64,000 bases of DNA from an uncultured Gammaproteobacteria bacterium (GTDB lineage Bacteria; Patescibacteriota; Microgenomatia; Levybacterales; GWA1-39-11), in the NCBI GenBank assembly GCA_964537315.1, contig CAZIAP010000001.1:23975-87974 (forward strand), given 5' to 3'. Position numbers and translations under genes: made by a program. Shown here piece after piece: positions 11,546 to 22,380 of the stretch (its first letter is position 1; each line of letters starts with the position of its first letter). The notes below the pieces were generated by a model, which saw only the letters and a list, made by a program, of their open reading frames with translations, made no database searches and was not told the origin of the DNA.

Positions 11546-12745
11546 CTATTGTATTTGGGTGATAAGGCTGTAGATCGGGGTGATAACGGAGAAAATCAAA
11601 AATCCGACTGAGATACCAAGAGTGATGATAAGTATTGGTTCAATTGATGTGGTCAAGGTCTTGATTTTTAAATTCATGTCTCGTTCAAAGTACTCTGCTA
11701 GCTTGAGTAAACTTTCATCTAGCTTACCTGTGGACTCTCCTACTTTTATCATTTGGATTACAATAGGCTGAAATATGTTCTGATTTTCCAGAGCAGTTGA
11801 TAAAGGCACACCTTTTTCAACCATCGAGCTAGCCGCAGTAATTGCATGCCTATAGTGATAATTGCCCGCAACTTGAGCTGTAATAGTCATGGATTCTATA
11901 ATCGTAGAACCGGAAACGATAAGCAATGATAGCGTTCTCGCTACTTCGTCTACGATTGATAGCTCTATAATCTTGCCAATTACCGGAACTTTTATTTTTA
12001 TCGTATCTATTATTTTTACCCCTTGCTCAGTCTTTTTTAATCGTTTGAAAAGGAAGAATCCTCCTATTGCTGCAATGATTACAAGCGGGAAAAAATTTGT
12101 AAATAGTTTGGACATTCCTAATACAAGTTTTGTTGATGTGGGCAACTCAAGATTAAGACTTTCATAGAGGGACCCTAGCTGTGGAATAACAAAGATATTC
12201 ATAACTGTTATAACTCCAAGCATACCTACTACGATAATGATGGGGTAAAATAATGCAGAGCGTATCTGTTTTTTCATATCTTCAGATCTTTCGAGATTTT
12301 CTGCAAGTCTGGCAAGTACTTTATCCAAAAGCCCACCTGTTTCTGCTGCTCTTACAAGTGCGATATAAACGTCTGAAAATGCCTCTGGGTGTTTAGAAAG
12401 AGCTTGTGAAAATGATGAGCCTTCTGAGACATCAGTCATCAACTCATCAATAATAGAGTTGATTGCAGAGTTTGTGGATTGTTTTCTTAGAATTGATAAA
12501 GATTCAAGAAGCGTGAGTCCGGTAAGGATCATTGATGAGAGTTGTCGAGTGAAAAGCACAATATCCGATTTTTTAACACCCTGAAACATCTTCAAAGACG
12601 TATTGATGTTTCTTCTTTGATTGACGGTAATGGGGGTGAGGTTTTTTTTCCGAAGAAAATCTACTACTTCTTTTTGTGAGCTAGCTTCGATTATTCCTTT
12701 TTCTTTTTCTCCTGTTTTGTTAATTGCAACGTAGTGAAATTCCAT
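11546..12745 (-). CDS. pilC: Type IV pilus platform protein (GspF family)
   Basis: FTRQLSSMI, AETGGLL, ALFYP, GESTGKL, IEP motifs. Confidence 0.92.
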   Translation of the reverse strand: MEFHYVAINKTGEKEKGIIEASSQKEVVDFLRKKNLTPITVNQRRNINTSLKMFQGVKKSDIVLFTRQLSSMILTGLTLLESLSILRKQSTNSAINSIIDELMTDVSEGSSFSQALSKHPEAFSDVYIALVRAAETGGLLDKVLARLAENLERSEDMKKQIRSALFYPIIIVVGMLGVITVMNIFVIPQLGSLYESLNLELPTSTKLVLGMSKLFTNFFPLVIIAAIGGFFLFKRLKKTEQGVKIIDTIKIKVPVIGKIIELSIVDEVARTLSLLIVSGSTIIESMTITAQVAGNYHYRHAITAASSMVEKGVPLSTALENQNIFQPIVIQMIKVGESTGKLDESLLKLAEYFERDMNLKIKTLTTSIEPILIITLGISVGFLIFSVITPIYSLITQIQ

Positions 12746-12754
12746 ATGCAGTTG

Positions 12755-13846
12755 TTATGTGAGATGTCGGTTAAGCTCTTCCGGTCTCACAGCATACTGC
12801 AGCGCAAGCTCTCGTGTGATTCTTCCCAGTTTTACGAGCTCTGCCAAGGAGGATTCAATAGTATTCATACCGTAGTCTTGTGATGTCTCAATAATTGAAT
12901 CAATAAGATGAGTTTTTCCTTCACGAATATTGGACTTAATTGCGGTAGTACCGATAAGCACTTCAGTTGCCATAATTCTTCCTCCTGAAATCTGTGGCAG
13001 AAGACGTTGCGATATGATTCCTTGAAGTGTAGATGCAAGCTGTATTCGGATCTGATTTTGTTGACCAGATGGAAATGAGTCGATAATACGGTCAATAGTT
13101 TGAGATGCAGAATTTGTGTGTAGTGTCGAGAACACGAGATGACCAGTTTCGGCAATAGTTATTGCAGACGCTATACTTTCCGGATCACGCATCTCTCCAA
13201 TTAGCACAACATCCGGATCTTCACGCAGAAGCGCTTTTAAACTCTCACCCCACGAATATGTGTCGTGTCCTAGCTCTCTTTGTGAAATAATGCTTTTGCC
13301 TTTAGGGTATACATACTCTACCGGATCTTCAATAGTAATAATATTGCTAGTTCTAGTCATGTTTATTTCGTTCACCATTGAGGCAAGAGTGGTAGTTTTT
13401 CCATGACCGGTAGGACCAGTGACTAAGACAAGTCCCTGCTTGAGGCTTGCAAGAGTGTGGCACGCCTTGGGAAGACTAAGCTCTTCAATTGTTTTTACTT
13501 TTGCAGGAAGTAATCTCAGCGCAGCTGCCAAAGTTCCTCGCTGAAAAAAGTAGTTAACACGAAAACGCGCCTTTGGCTCATGGTATTCGTTGAGACCGTA
13601 GTCGTAAGAAAAATCAAGTGTCCGATTATTAATAAGAAGCTCGCGCTGATTATCAGAAATTATTGACATGAGCATTGCTTCGATTTCCTGGGAAGTAACT
13701 GCGTTATATTGTGTGATAAATGTGAGTGTTCCATCAACACGAATTACAGGTGGGACTCCTACTCTGAGATGTAAATCAGATGCTTTACCGGCGAGTGTAT
13801 GTTCAAACAGCTCCAGTAATGTTGGGTGAGGTGTTTGTGATTGCAT
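12755..13846 (-). CDS. pilT: Type IV pilus retraction ATPase
   Basis: ASDLHL, GPTGHGKTT, LREDPDVVLIGEMRD, AETGHLV, AIKSNIRE (AIRNLIRE box). Confidence 0.93.
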   Translation of the reverse strand: MQSQTPHPTLLELFEHTLAGKASDLHLRVGVPPVIRVDGTLTFITQYNAVTSQEIEAMLMSIISDNQRELLINNRTLDFSYDYGLNEYHEPKARFRVNYFFQRGTLAAALRLLPAKVKTIEELSLPKACHTLASLKQGLVLVTGPTGHGKTTTLASMVNEINMTRTSNIITIEDPVEYVYPKGKSIISQRELGHDTYSWGESLKALLREDPDVVLIGEMRDPESIASAITIAETGHLVFSTLHTNSASQTIDRIIDSFPSGQQNQIRIQLASTLQGIISQRLLPQISGGRIMATEVLIGTTAIKSNIREGKTHLIDSIIETSQDYGMNTIESSLAELVKLGRITRELALQYAVRPEELNRHLT

Positions 13847-13919
13847 AGTGTTATCTTTTCTCCTCTATTTAGCATATGCAAAGAAGAGATAAAAAATCAA
13901 TTAGTAATTAAGTTATTGT

Positions 13920-15695
13920 TTAATTTTGTGCGACTCTGAGAATTTCATCAACTGTCGAAATTCCTTCAAGAACTTTAAGGTATCCATCTTGTTTCATAGT
14001 TATCATTCCCTCAAGAATAGCTTGTTTTTCAATTGTTGCTGCATCAGCTTTTTCTAATATTAGACGAGATATTTTTTCAGATATCGGCATTACTTCAAAA
14101 ACTCCTATTCTGCCAAGATATCCTGAGTGTCCGCAGAAATCGCACCCTTTCCCTTTATATAATTTAGCCGGTCCGCTCTGCTGCTGTGGCATAAGAGGTC
14201 CCAGGGTTTTTTTAATTTCCTCCATTATTTCATTTGGAGGAGTATATTCAATCTTGCACTGCGTACAGATTTTGCGTGCAATACGCTGTCCTAACACTGC
14301 ATTCATTGTTGATGCTAACAAGAAAGTCTCTGCACCCATATCAATAAGACGAGGAAGAGTTCCTGCCGCTGTTGATGTGTGCAGTGTGGAAAAAACTAAG
14401 TGACCAGTGAGTGCTGCTTGAATCGCAAGCTCTGTTGTCTCTTTGTCACGAATCTCTCCTACCAAAATAATATTGGGATCCTGGCGTAAGAATGAGCGTA
14501 GACCTGCTGCAAAACTAAGTCCCACATCTGCGTTTACTTGCACCTGATTGATACCCGCAATCTGGTATTCGATCGGATCTTCCAGAGTCATGATATTTAC
14601 GCGCGTGGTATTAAGCTTTGTGAGTACAGAGTATAGAGTGGAAGTTTTACCTGACCCAGTTGGACCGCAGACGATAATAATCCCGTGTGGACGAAGAATG
14701 GATGCTTCAAGATTTTTTAGAGCATTACCCCGTAAACCAAGGTCATTTAGTGTGGGGACACCTCCCGATTTTCTTAACAAGCGAAGTACAATTTTTTCAC
14801 CATACGCAATGGGGAGTACGCTGACACGTAAATCAGCCTCTTGATCTCCGAACTTAAAGTTAAATCTGCCGTCCTGAGGAGTTCTGTGTTCATCAATTTT
14901 AAGATCAGATAAGATTTTAATACGGGAAGTTACTGCTTCTTGTACGGCTTTTGGTAACGATAACCTTTCATAAAGAATTCCATCTATTCTATATCTGATC
15001 CTCATTCTATCTTCTTGAGGCTCTATATGTATATCAGAAGCACGACTCTTCATTGCGTATTCGAGTGTAGTAGCAACGATTTTTGCAATTGGAGCGTCTT
15101 TAATGACACTGGCAATACTTTCTTTGTCAAATGTTTTTACCGCGCTAATTTGTTCACTTTCTTTTAGTGCTGCTTTGACTTCGCCGACAAGTCCTGCTGA
15201 ATACATTGACTCTATCGATTCTTGGACTTCTCTAGGTATTGCTTGGTACGCAGTAATAGTTTGTCCTGTTTTTTGGCGAATAAAGTTAAATGACTCCATA
15301 TCCAATGGATCCGCCATGGCAACAGAGAGTATTTTTCGGTCTTTATCATAGGCAAACGGTACCAAGTGCATTCTCTCAGCTACAGGTCTGGTGATAAAAC
15401 CGAGCGCTTCAGGAGATGATGGTATAGAAGTCATGGAAATAAATGGAACATTAATAAGCTTTGCTCTGGCTTCATAGTACTTTTCTTCTGGAACCATTTT
15501 TGAATCCAGCAATACTTGGTCGACATGTAGACCTTTATTTGCAGACTCAACTTTCAGACTGGAGTATTGTTCATTGGTGAGTAAGCGCTGTTCCAATAAT
15601 ATATCGGCGATAGATCGTTCACCGATGGTATTAGACATCTGAGAAAATACTCCCTGCGTACCTGTATTATTTGTTGATTGGGCAGAATTATCCAT
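13920..15695 (-). CDS. pilB: Type IV pilus assembly ATPase
   Basis: ASDIHIEP, GPTGSGKT, LRQDPNIILVGEIRD, tetra-Cys motif. Confidence 0.93.
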   Translation of the reverse strand: MDNSAQSTNNTGTQGVFSQMSNTIGERSIADILLEQRLLTNEQYSSLKVESANKGLHVDQVLLDSKMVPEEKYYEARAKLINVPFISMTSIPSSPEALGFITRPVAERMHLVPFAYDKDRKILSVAMADPLDMESFNFIRQKTGQTITAYQAIPREVQESIESMYSAGLVGEVKAALKESEQISAVKTFDKESIASVIKDAPIAKIVATTLEYAMKSRASDIHIEPQEDRMRIRYRIDGILYERLSLPKAVQEAVTSRIKILSDLKIDEHRTPQDGRFNFKFGDQEADLRVSVLPIAYGEKIVLRLLRKSGGVPTLNDLGLRGNALKNLEASILRPHGIIIVCGPTGSGKTSTLYSVLTKLNTTRVNIMTLEDPIEYQIAGINQVQVNADVGLSFAAGLRSFLRQDPNIILVGEIRDKETTELAIQAALTGHLVFSTLHTSTAAGTLPRLIDMGAETFLLASTMNAVLGQRIARKICTQCKIEYTPPNEIMEEIKKTLGPLMPQQQSGPAKLYKGKGCDFCGHSGYLGRIGVFEVMPISEKISRLILEKADAATIEKQAILEGMITMKQDGYLKVLEGISTVDEILRVAQN

Positions 15696-15755
15696 AGAAA
15701 TTTAAATTTCCTACTTACTTATAAATCGTAGGTTAAAGCGTGCTACAATGTCAAT

Positions 15756-16403
15756 ATGCCAAGCATAATTGTATCTGGTCTGCAGGAAGGACGAGAAGAA
15801 TATGTAAAAAAAATTGTTTCGCAAAACTCTATCCCTGCGTACTCTATCCGTCGATTGGAAGGTACAATAAAAATAGCTGATGTGCACAATATTTTGAGAT
15901 CTATCAGAGTGCACGCAGGTAAAAATGAAAAAAGATTGGTTATTTTTTCAGGTCAGCTAACAATTCCTTCTCAGAATGCTCTGCTTAAGTTTTTAGAAGA
16001 ACTAAACGATTCTGAGATCGTTGTTTTTTCGGTAGATTCTAAAGAGCTCTTGTTAGACACAATAGTTTCAAGATGTCGTGTCATTATGTTGAATGCGGAT
16101 GATAAGGGAGATGAAGGAAGTAATTATGATGGACCTACAAAAAACATTAATTTTTCAGAGTTGTTATATCTTGCAGAAAAGATTACGACTAAGGAGTCGT
16201 TTGAGGAGATCATTTTACTTTTGAGGAAGCAAATTATCTCAGATATATTGGTTAATAATCCAAATAATATAAACGATTCTATCGCATTACTTCGTTATCT
16301 TCACGAGAACTACCGGTTGGTAAAAGAAAATAATGTAAACCCCAAACTTGTACTTGAAGCAGCTTATACTAGTGAAATGTTAGCTTCGTTTGTAAGAAAA
16401 TAA
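15756..16403 (+). CDS. holB: Reduced DNA polymerase III delta-prime-like protein
   Basis: SQNALLKFLEE and LLDTIVSRC motifs; no Walker A or Zn module. Confidence 0.7.
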   Translation: MPSIIVSGLQEGREEYVKKIVSQNSIPAYSIRRLEGTIKIADVHNILRSIRVHAGKNEKRLVIFSGQLTIPSQNALLKFLEELNDSEIVVFSVDSKELLLDTIVSRCRVIMLNADDKGDEGSNYDGPTKNINFSELLYLAEKITTKESFEEIILLLRKQIISDILVNNPNNINDSIALLRYLHENYRLVKENNVNPKLVLEAAYTSEMLASFVRK

Positions 16404-16452
16404 ATTACCCTATTGACAACCGTTTTAAGATATGAGTAATATATTTTATAAC

Positions 16453-17037
16453 ATGAAATACTCACTGCCCGTTATAACAAATCTTTCAGAATTTAAATCT
16501 TATTTCTCCGGTAAAAAAGGATTTACACTAGTCGAGCTTCTAGTAGTAATTGCAGTACTTGGAGTACTAGCAGCAGGAGTTCTAATTGCAATTAATCCAA
16601 TTGAGCAGCTTAGAAGAGGCCGAGATAGTGGGCGAAAAACCTCTGTAGCTGAGCTTGGTCGTTCTCTAACTGCATATTACACTTCACAGACAACCTACCC
16701 AACACAAGGCACTACATGGATAACTTTACTTAGAAGCTCAGGAGAGATAAAAATTGAAGCGCAAAATCCAAACTACTCTAATGGGTATACTCCAGCGTGT
16801 GGAGGAGCCGCAGCTTTGCAAAATGGTTATTGCTACGCAACAGGAAACATTTCAAATAACCCTGAGGCTCTAGTCTTTGTCCAAGCTGAGTCAGAGTCTG
16901 ACAGAATTAAAGCTGGATGTACAACCAGTACAATGGCTGCATGGATAGTGTGGTCATCAGCTGCTGGAAAAACAGGATTAACTTGTACAGCAAATGCAAC
17001 CACTTATCCTCAACTCGGAATCTCTTCATTGAACTAA
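16453..17037 (+). CDS. Type IV pilin (candidate major pilin)
   Basis: KKG|FTLVELLVVIAVLGVLA class III signal; TTGACA upstream near 16413. Confidence 0.88.
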   Translation: MKYSLPVITNLSEFKSYFSGKKGFTLVELLVVIAVLGVLAAGVLIAINPIEQLRRGRDSGRKTSVAELGRSLTAYYTSQTTYPTQGTTWITLLRSSGEIKIEAQNPNYSNGYTPACGGAAALQNGYCYATGNISNNPEALVFVQAESESDRIKAGCTTSTMAAWIVWSSAAGKTGLTCTANATTYPQLGISSLN

Positions 17038-17069
17038 TTTTCTAGAAGCAATATAATTTTCTGTAAGGT

Positions 17070-17825
17070 ATGGAACTTTTTTTAGCATCCGTTATATTTA
17101 TATTTGGTTCAATTTTCGGAAGCTTCGTTAACGTACTAATTGATCGCGTTCCGCAAGGGAAATTTTTTGATAATAAGAGGTCGTACTGTGAATCTTGTAA
17201 AAAAAGCTTAAGCTGGTACGATTTAATCCCATTATTTTCGTATATTATTCTTCGTGGTAAGTGTAGAAGATGTAAAAGTAAGATACCTTTTAGAATTTTT
17301 GTAGTTGAGTTATTAACTGGTCTTGGGTTTGTTGCACTCTACTCGCTTATCTATCAATCACTTCCTCTAATTAGCTTTATTATGATTGTTCTAACATTTT
17401 GTTTACTTACGGCTATATTTTTTATAGATGTAAAGCACAGAATCATTCCTAATTCACTACTTATTGCGATTTTGTTATGCACTCTGTTCTATCACATATT
17501 TGCAGGACATGACTTAATACCATACATAATTACAGGCATAGTATCATTTTTAGTTTTTTTCTTATTATTTGCCGTAACAAAAGGCAAAGGAATGGGTTTT
17601 GGGGACGTGAAGTTTGCTTTTGTAATAGGTTTTTTGCTTGGTTTTCCGGCTTCATTAATTGCTTTTTATGCTGCCTTCTTGACAGGAGCTGCTATCTCTA
17701 TCATACTGATAATAGCAGGAAAGAAAAAAGCAAGAGGCAGTGTAATTGCGTTCGGTCCATTTTTAATAATCGGAATTTTAATTGCGACGCTATTTACAGA
17801 TGAAATTATTAAAAAATTTTTTTAA
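17070..17825 (+). CDS. pilD: Prepilin peptidase
   Basis: GSFVNV, CxxC..CxxC, FIDVKH, GMGFGD, AFGPF. Confidence 0.95.
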   Translation: MELFLASVIFIFGSIFGSFVNVLIDRVPQGKFFDNKRSYCESCKKSLSWYDLIPLFSYIILRGKCRRCKSKIPFRIFVVELLTGLGFVALYSLIYQSLPLISFIMIVLTFCLLTAIFFIDVKHRIIPNSLLIAILLCTLFYHIFAGHDLIPYIITGIVSFLVFFLLFAVTKGKGMGFGDVKFAFVIGFLLGFPASLIAFYAAFLTGAAISIILIIAGKKKARGSVIAFGPFLIIGILIATLFTDEIIKKFF

Positions 17826-18339
17826 CAAAAAGTTTTCTTTTGCTTCCTCCATAGCTTCACTACGAAGCAATCTCTCTAGTACTCATGGATTTACTTTAGT
17901 TGAATTGCTGGTTGTAATGGGAGTAATTGGTACTCTTGCAGCTGGTTTGGTAGTGGTGATAAACCCTGCTGCCATGGTAGGTAAAGCACGAGACGCACAG
18001 AGAAAAAGTGATTTTAATCAAATACAAAAAGCCTTGGAATTATATTATGATGATTATAGTGAGTATCCAGTCAATATGGATGATCTGACTACAGTTGGTA
18101 ATTATATGAAAACAATTCCTTCAGACCCTGTTCCGACGCGTTTTCAATATAGGTATGTTCAGATTTCAGGCGGACAGATGTATAGATTATATGCTCACTT
18201 AGAAAATGCAAGTGATCCTCAAGCGTGCTCACCTACAGGTGACTGTCCAAATGCGTCAGGAGTTTCAAATCCGAAATGTGGAGTTGGAGTAGCACAAACA
18301 TGTAACTACGGTGTAACCAGTCCGAATACATCACCATAA
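17800..18339 (+). CDS. Type IV pilin/GspG-like
   Basis: G|FTLVELLVVM, RDAQRKSD..QKALELYY, DP motif. Confidence 0.88.
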   Translation: MKLLKNFFNKKFSFASSIASLRSNLSSTHGFTLVELLVVMGVIGTLAAGLVVVINPAAMVGKARDAQRKSDFNQIQKALELYYDDYSEYPVNMDDLTTVGNYMKTIPSDPVPTRFQYRYVQISGGQMYRLYAHLENASDPQACSPTGDCPNASGVSNPKCGVGVAQTCNYGVTSPNTSP

Positions 18340-18343
18340 TAAT

Positions 18344-18838
18344 ATGAAAAATTTAATAAATATAATAAGTAAGAAAAATAGTATCAACTTGTCGAGGGGA
18401 TTCACACTGATCGAATTGATTGTGGTAATCACTATAATAGGCATTCTTTCAAGCGTACTAGTGGCAAACTTTATGCAGGTTCGGGAAAAAACACGGGATT
18501 CCGTAAGAAAAAAAGATTTTGAGCAAATACGTTTAGCGCTTGAAACTTACAGGATTGATGTAGGGTCATATCCTGCTCACTCCAGTTCTTTTCTCCCCAA
18601 CTGCCCGGCGAGTGGATCGCTAAGAAATCCTACTAATACATCTGTTGTGTATATGGAACTAATTCCGTGTGATCCTAAAAGTAAAAATCAAAAATATACA
18701 TATAATAGAAGCTCAACATTGAGGTATACATTGTCTGTGTGTTTAGAAAACCCTAATGAGCAGCTAGGACCTACGATTAGGAGTGTAAGCACAAGTCAGT
18801 GTGCTAGTGGTAAACTGCTTGAAGTAACTAATCCATAA
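18344..18838 (+). CDS. Type IV pilin/GspG-like
   Basis: G|FTLIELIVVI, RDSVRKKD..ALETY. Confidence 0.88.
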   Translation: MKNLINIISKKNSINLSRGFTLIELIVVITIIGILSSVLVANFMQVREKTRDSVRKKDFEQIRLALETYRIDVGSYPAHSSSFLPNCPASGSLRNPTNTSVVYMELIPCDPKSKNQKYTYNRSSTLRYTLSVCLENPNEQLGPTIRSVSTSQCASGKLLEVTNP

Positions 18839-18844
18839 ACATGC

Positions 18845-19387
18845 ATGCGCAATATCCTACGTTTACATATATTTTCTGCCGATGAAGGATTCTCTTTACT
18901 CGAATTAATGGTGGCAATAACCGCTTCTGCTCTAATTGCCGGAGGAGGTTTTTTTGCTTTTATACAGTATTCACGCTCGCAATCTCATTCACAGACTATC
19001 GAAAATATACGCTATGCATATACAGAAGCACGTAATAGCGCCATCTCAAATGTGAAAGTAGACAGGATTGGTTCTACTCCTACCAACTGTGGCACTCTGA
19101 TGGGTTATAGAGTAAATTTAAGTGCAACTTCATACGAAATTCAAATTGTATGTTTGAATAATACTGGTTCTCAGGTGGTAACTGGTAATCCAGTAAGTCT
19201 GCCTTCAGGTATAAGGTTGAGTGGAGCTAATCAATGTTCAGGTCTAGGTTACAGAGTAATTACAGGTAATGTAACAACTTTTTCTGGTTCGACTACTCTA
19301 CCCTGTACGTTCGAAGTACTGCATGACTCAGACAGTTCTTTAAGAAAAACTATAACAATTGAAAATGATGGAAATCTGACGATTTAA
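18845..19387 (+). CDS. Minor pilin, FimT/GspH-like
   Basis: G|FSLLELMVAI, ARNSAI, C-terminal ITIENDG. Confidence 0.8.
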   Translation: MRNILRLHIFSADEGFSLLELMVAITASALIAGGGFFAFIQYSRSQSHSQTIENIRYAYTEARNSAISNVKVDRIGSTPTNCGTLMGYRVNLSATSYEIQIVCLNNTGSQVVTGNPVSLPSGIRLSGANQCSGLGYRVITGNVTTFSGSTTLPCTFEVLHDSDSSLRKTITIENDGNLTI

Positions 19388-19390
19388 TAT

Positions 19391-19900
19391 ATGAAAGAAT
19401 TATTAGTTAGCAAAAAAATGTCAACACAATCAGGATCTGCATTACTGGAGGCAATAATAGCTCTGGGAGCAGTTGTTATGGCAGTAGCCGGAATTGCTAT
19501 ATTAATGGTATCAAGCGCTAGCAACGCTGCATTTATCCAAAATCAAAATCAAGCAAACAAGTATGCGCAGGAGGGTATGGAATACTTAAAGAGTGTGAAG
19601 AATCAAAGTTACACAGATTTTCTGGATCTGTTTCCGGTTTCTGGTGTTGATTACTGTCAAAACGAGCAGTTCCAGAATGTAACTGCAGATAATAACTGCT
19701 CCGGTGCGAGAATTGAAGGAGGAAAATATGTCAGAACAGTAATGGTGAACCATGACTCTTCGAACTGCGAGAATGGCGCACATCAAGTAAGTGTACAAGT
19801 TTCATGGCAGAGCGGAAAATGCGATGTTAATGTAAATTCTTTTTGTCATAACACTTTATTAAGGACATGTTTTGTACGTCCGCCAAATTCAGAATTATGA
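19391..19900 (+). CDS. Minor pilin, PilV-like
   Basis: G|SALLEAIIAL, AQEGME, VQVSW. Confidence 0.8.
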   Translation: MKELLVSKKMSTQSGSALLEAIIALGAVVMAVAGIAILMVSSASNAAFIQNQNQANKYAQEGMEYLKSVKNQSYTDFLDLFPVSGVDYCQNEQFQNVTADNNCSGARIEGGKYVRTVMVNHDSSNCENGAHQVSVQVSWQSGKCDVNVNSFCHNTLLRTCFVRPPNSEL

Positions 19901-20469
19901 AAAAAGCTAATGGATATACGCTCATAGAGCTATTAGTAGTATCAGGCATATTAGTGGCTGTATCGGGTATTGTAGGAGGAATTCTAGTTTCCACAATGCG
20001 CAGTTCAGAGGTTACACGTTCAACAACACAGATCGCACAGAACGGTAATTATGCGCTTTCGTCAATTAGCGAACTGATAAAGCACTCCCAAGATGTATCA
20101 GCAGTCTGGAACTCGAATAACAGTTATCCTACCAATTTTGCAGGATGTGCTGGAGAATCATCACCTGAGGGAGATTCTTTAGCATTGATGATGCCCGAAG
20201 GACAAGAAGTTCAGTTAACGTGCTCTCATTCATCAGGCAGAGTCGCGTCAACCAGCGGATCTATGACGTATTATCTTACTAACAGAGAGCTCGCAGTTGT
20301 ACAGGGAAGTTGTAAATTTGTGTGTAATCAAAATTCTGCTTTTTCACCTCCTAGGATCGAAGTAAAGTTCGAACTAGGTATACGTGATGGTACAACAAAC
20401 AACGTGCTTGACGGCAGTTCTAAAGTATTTCAAACTCAGATCAGTAGTAGAAATTATATTAACAAATAA
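19897..20469 (+). CDS. Minor pilin, PilW-like
   Basis: G|YTLIELLVV, C-terminal FQTQISSRN. Confidence 0.8.
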   Translation: MKKANGYTLIELLVVSGILVAVSGIVGGILVSTMRSSEVTRSTTQIAQNGNYALSSISELIKHSQDVSAVWNSNNSYPTNFAGCAGESSPEGDSLALMMPEGQEVQLTCSHSSGRVASTSGSMTYYLTNRELAVVQGSCKFVCNQNSAFSPPRIEVKFELGIRDGTTNNVLDGSSKVFQTQISSRNYINK

Positions 20470-20523
20470 ATGAGTACAATATTCTTGACATCCAAGCTAA
20501 AATAATTCTATGATTAAGATAAG

Positions 20524-21354
20524 ATGAAACACAAATCATCGCAGTCAGGTCAAATTTTATTAATAGTTGTATTAAGTATTGTAGTGGCTTTGACTGTTGG
20601 ACTGTCAGTCGCCTCCAGAACAATCTCAAATTTAAGAATTTCTAAACAAAATGAAGAATCACAGCGCGCATTTCAGGCGGCTGAAGCAGGGCTAGAACTT
20701 GCCACGCAGGCTTTAAGCCAGGGATCAAGTGGAAATCTAGCTAGTGGCTTAGATAATACTGCGACATACCAAGTAGAGGTACAATCAGAAGGAGGCAACG
20801 AGATTATTTTAAATGGAGAAAACCTTGTACAGCGTTCAGTAGGACTTGATGTCTGGATGAGTAATCATGATGATTATTCTTCTCCTTTCAGAGGGAGTGT
20901 GATATTGGGTTTTGGTTCTCCTGGTCAGGATTGTAGCTCAAGGAACAAAGATTACGCTCCTGCACTTGAAGTGTTATATATTTATGGAGATCCAAATGCT
21001 CCCCAATTTAGGCGTGATGTATACGATCCTTGTAGAAATATTTCAGGACGTATATCTAATGCTACGGGAGGATCGGCCGGAGCTACTACTATTGCGGGCA
21101 CGCAGTTTCCCTTTTCCATTAATTTAAACCTTTCTTCAGATCCAAGTAACATTTTGATAATGAAGGTGATTCCTATTTATAACTCGACTAAGCTTGGTAT
21201 ACGTAGAGTCAGCGGAAACAGGAATTTGCCTGCGCAGGGGTCAACAATTGTTTCTACTGGTCGTTCAGGAGATACAGTTAGAAAAATAACGTATTTCCAA
21301 TCCCATCCGCAAATTCCTAATGAATTATTCCCGTACGCAATAATCTCACAATGA
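20524..21354 (+). CDS. Minor pilin, PilX-like
   Basis: G|QILLIVV lacking E5, RAFQAAEAGLE. Confidence 0.82.
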   Translation: MKHKSSQSGQILLIVVLSIVVALTVGLSVASRTISNLRISKQNEESQRAFQAAEAGLELATQALSQGSSGNLASGLDNTATYQVEVQSEGGNEIILNGENLVQRSVGLDVWMSNHDDYSSPFRGSVILGFGSPGQDCSSRNKDYAPALEVLYIYGDPNAPQFRRDVYDPCRNISGRISNATGGSAGATTIAGTQFPFSINLNLSSDPSNILIMKVIPIYNSTKLGIRRVSGNRNLPAQGSTIVSTGRSGDTVRKITYFQSHPQIPNELFPYAIISQ

Positions 21355-22373
21355 ATAAACGCTTTGGGCTTGACATAGGATCCACTTCAATTAAGGTAGT
21401 TGCTTTAGAAAAGCAAAAAGACCAGTTTACGCTTAATGCCATTGGTTTTTCTCCTGTGGCTGTAAACAGCATACTCTCTGAGTCCCCTGTCGACCAGCAG
21501 ACACTGGCAGAGTCAGTTAAAAATATCCTTAACCAGGCAGGTATTAAGGAAAAAGAAGTGAATTTGGCCATACCTGAGAGCAGTGTCTATATCAAAATAA
21601 TTGAGATGCCTAATCTTTCTGAACAAGAGTTATCGGCCGCTCTCAGATGGGAGATGGAACAGTATATTCCTATGCCTATAGATCAAGTACGGACCGATTG
21701 GCAGGTTTTGAGACGTTCAGATGACAAGGAAAAAACAATGGATGTACTACTTGTCGCAGCTCCTATTGCTACAATTAATAAATACGAAACAGTGCTAGGA
21801 CTAGCTGATCTTACAGCAGAAAATGTAGAAACCGAAATTATTGCTGTACATCGTGCACTTCATCCATTGGTAGCGGGTATGTCGAGTGTTATAGTGCACC
21901 TTGGTGCAACTACTACCGATGTCGCGGTAGTCAAAGATGGGTTGTTAAATATGGTTTTTTCGATCGGTGTTGGTGGATTGGCTATCACAAGGGCGATATC
22001 GTTGGATTTAGGAATTGATGTAAAGCAAGCTGAAGAATACAAACGAGCGTATGGCTTGACTAGAGATACATTTGAAGGAAAAATCGGTAAATCACTCTAC
22101 CCCATTATGGAATCAATTGTAGGAGATATTAAAAAGGCAATGCTCTCATATAAACAAAAAAACGCAAATGATGAGATTAAACAAGTCGTTCTATCCGGTG
22201 GAAATGCTATGCTTCCTGGTTTGGACGTGTTTTTAACTAATACGCTTAATACTCAGGTCGTTTTAGGTAACTGTTGGGAGATCAATAACATTCAAAATGT
22301 ACCCGATCAAGTGAAGACGGACTTCAGTAGGTATAATGTAGTTGTAGGTTTAGCTCTTCGTGACTTTATTTAG
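21351..22373 (+). CDS. pilM: Type IV pilus assembly protein
   Basis: GLDIGSTSIK, EQYIP, LSGG, VGLALR actin-like fold. Confidence 0.93.
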   Translation: MNKRFGLDIGSTSIKVVALEKQKDQFTLNAIGFSPVAVNSILSESPVDQQTLAESVKNILNQAGIKEKEVNLAIPESSVYIKIIEMPNLSEQELSAALRWEMEQYIPMPIDQVRTDWQVLRRSDDKEKTMDVLLVAAPIATINKYETVLGLADLTAENVETEIIAVHRALHPLVAGMSSVIVHLGATTTDVAVVKDGLLNMVFSIGVGGLAITRAISLDLGIDVKQAEEYKRAYGLTRDTFEGKIGKSLYPIMESIVGDIKKAMLSYKQKNANDEIKQVVLSGGNAMLPGLDVFLTNTLNTQVVLGNCWEINNIQNVPDQVKTDFSRYNVVVGLALRDFI

Positions 22374-22380
22374 ATACAGT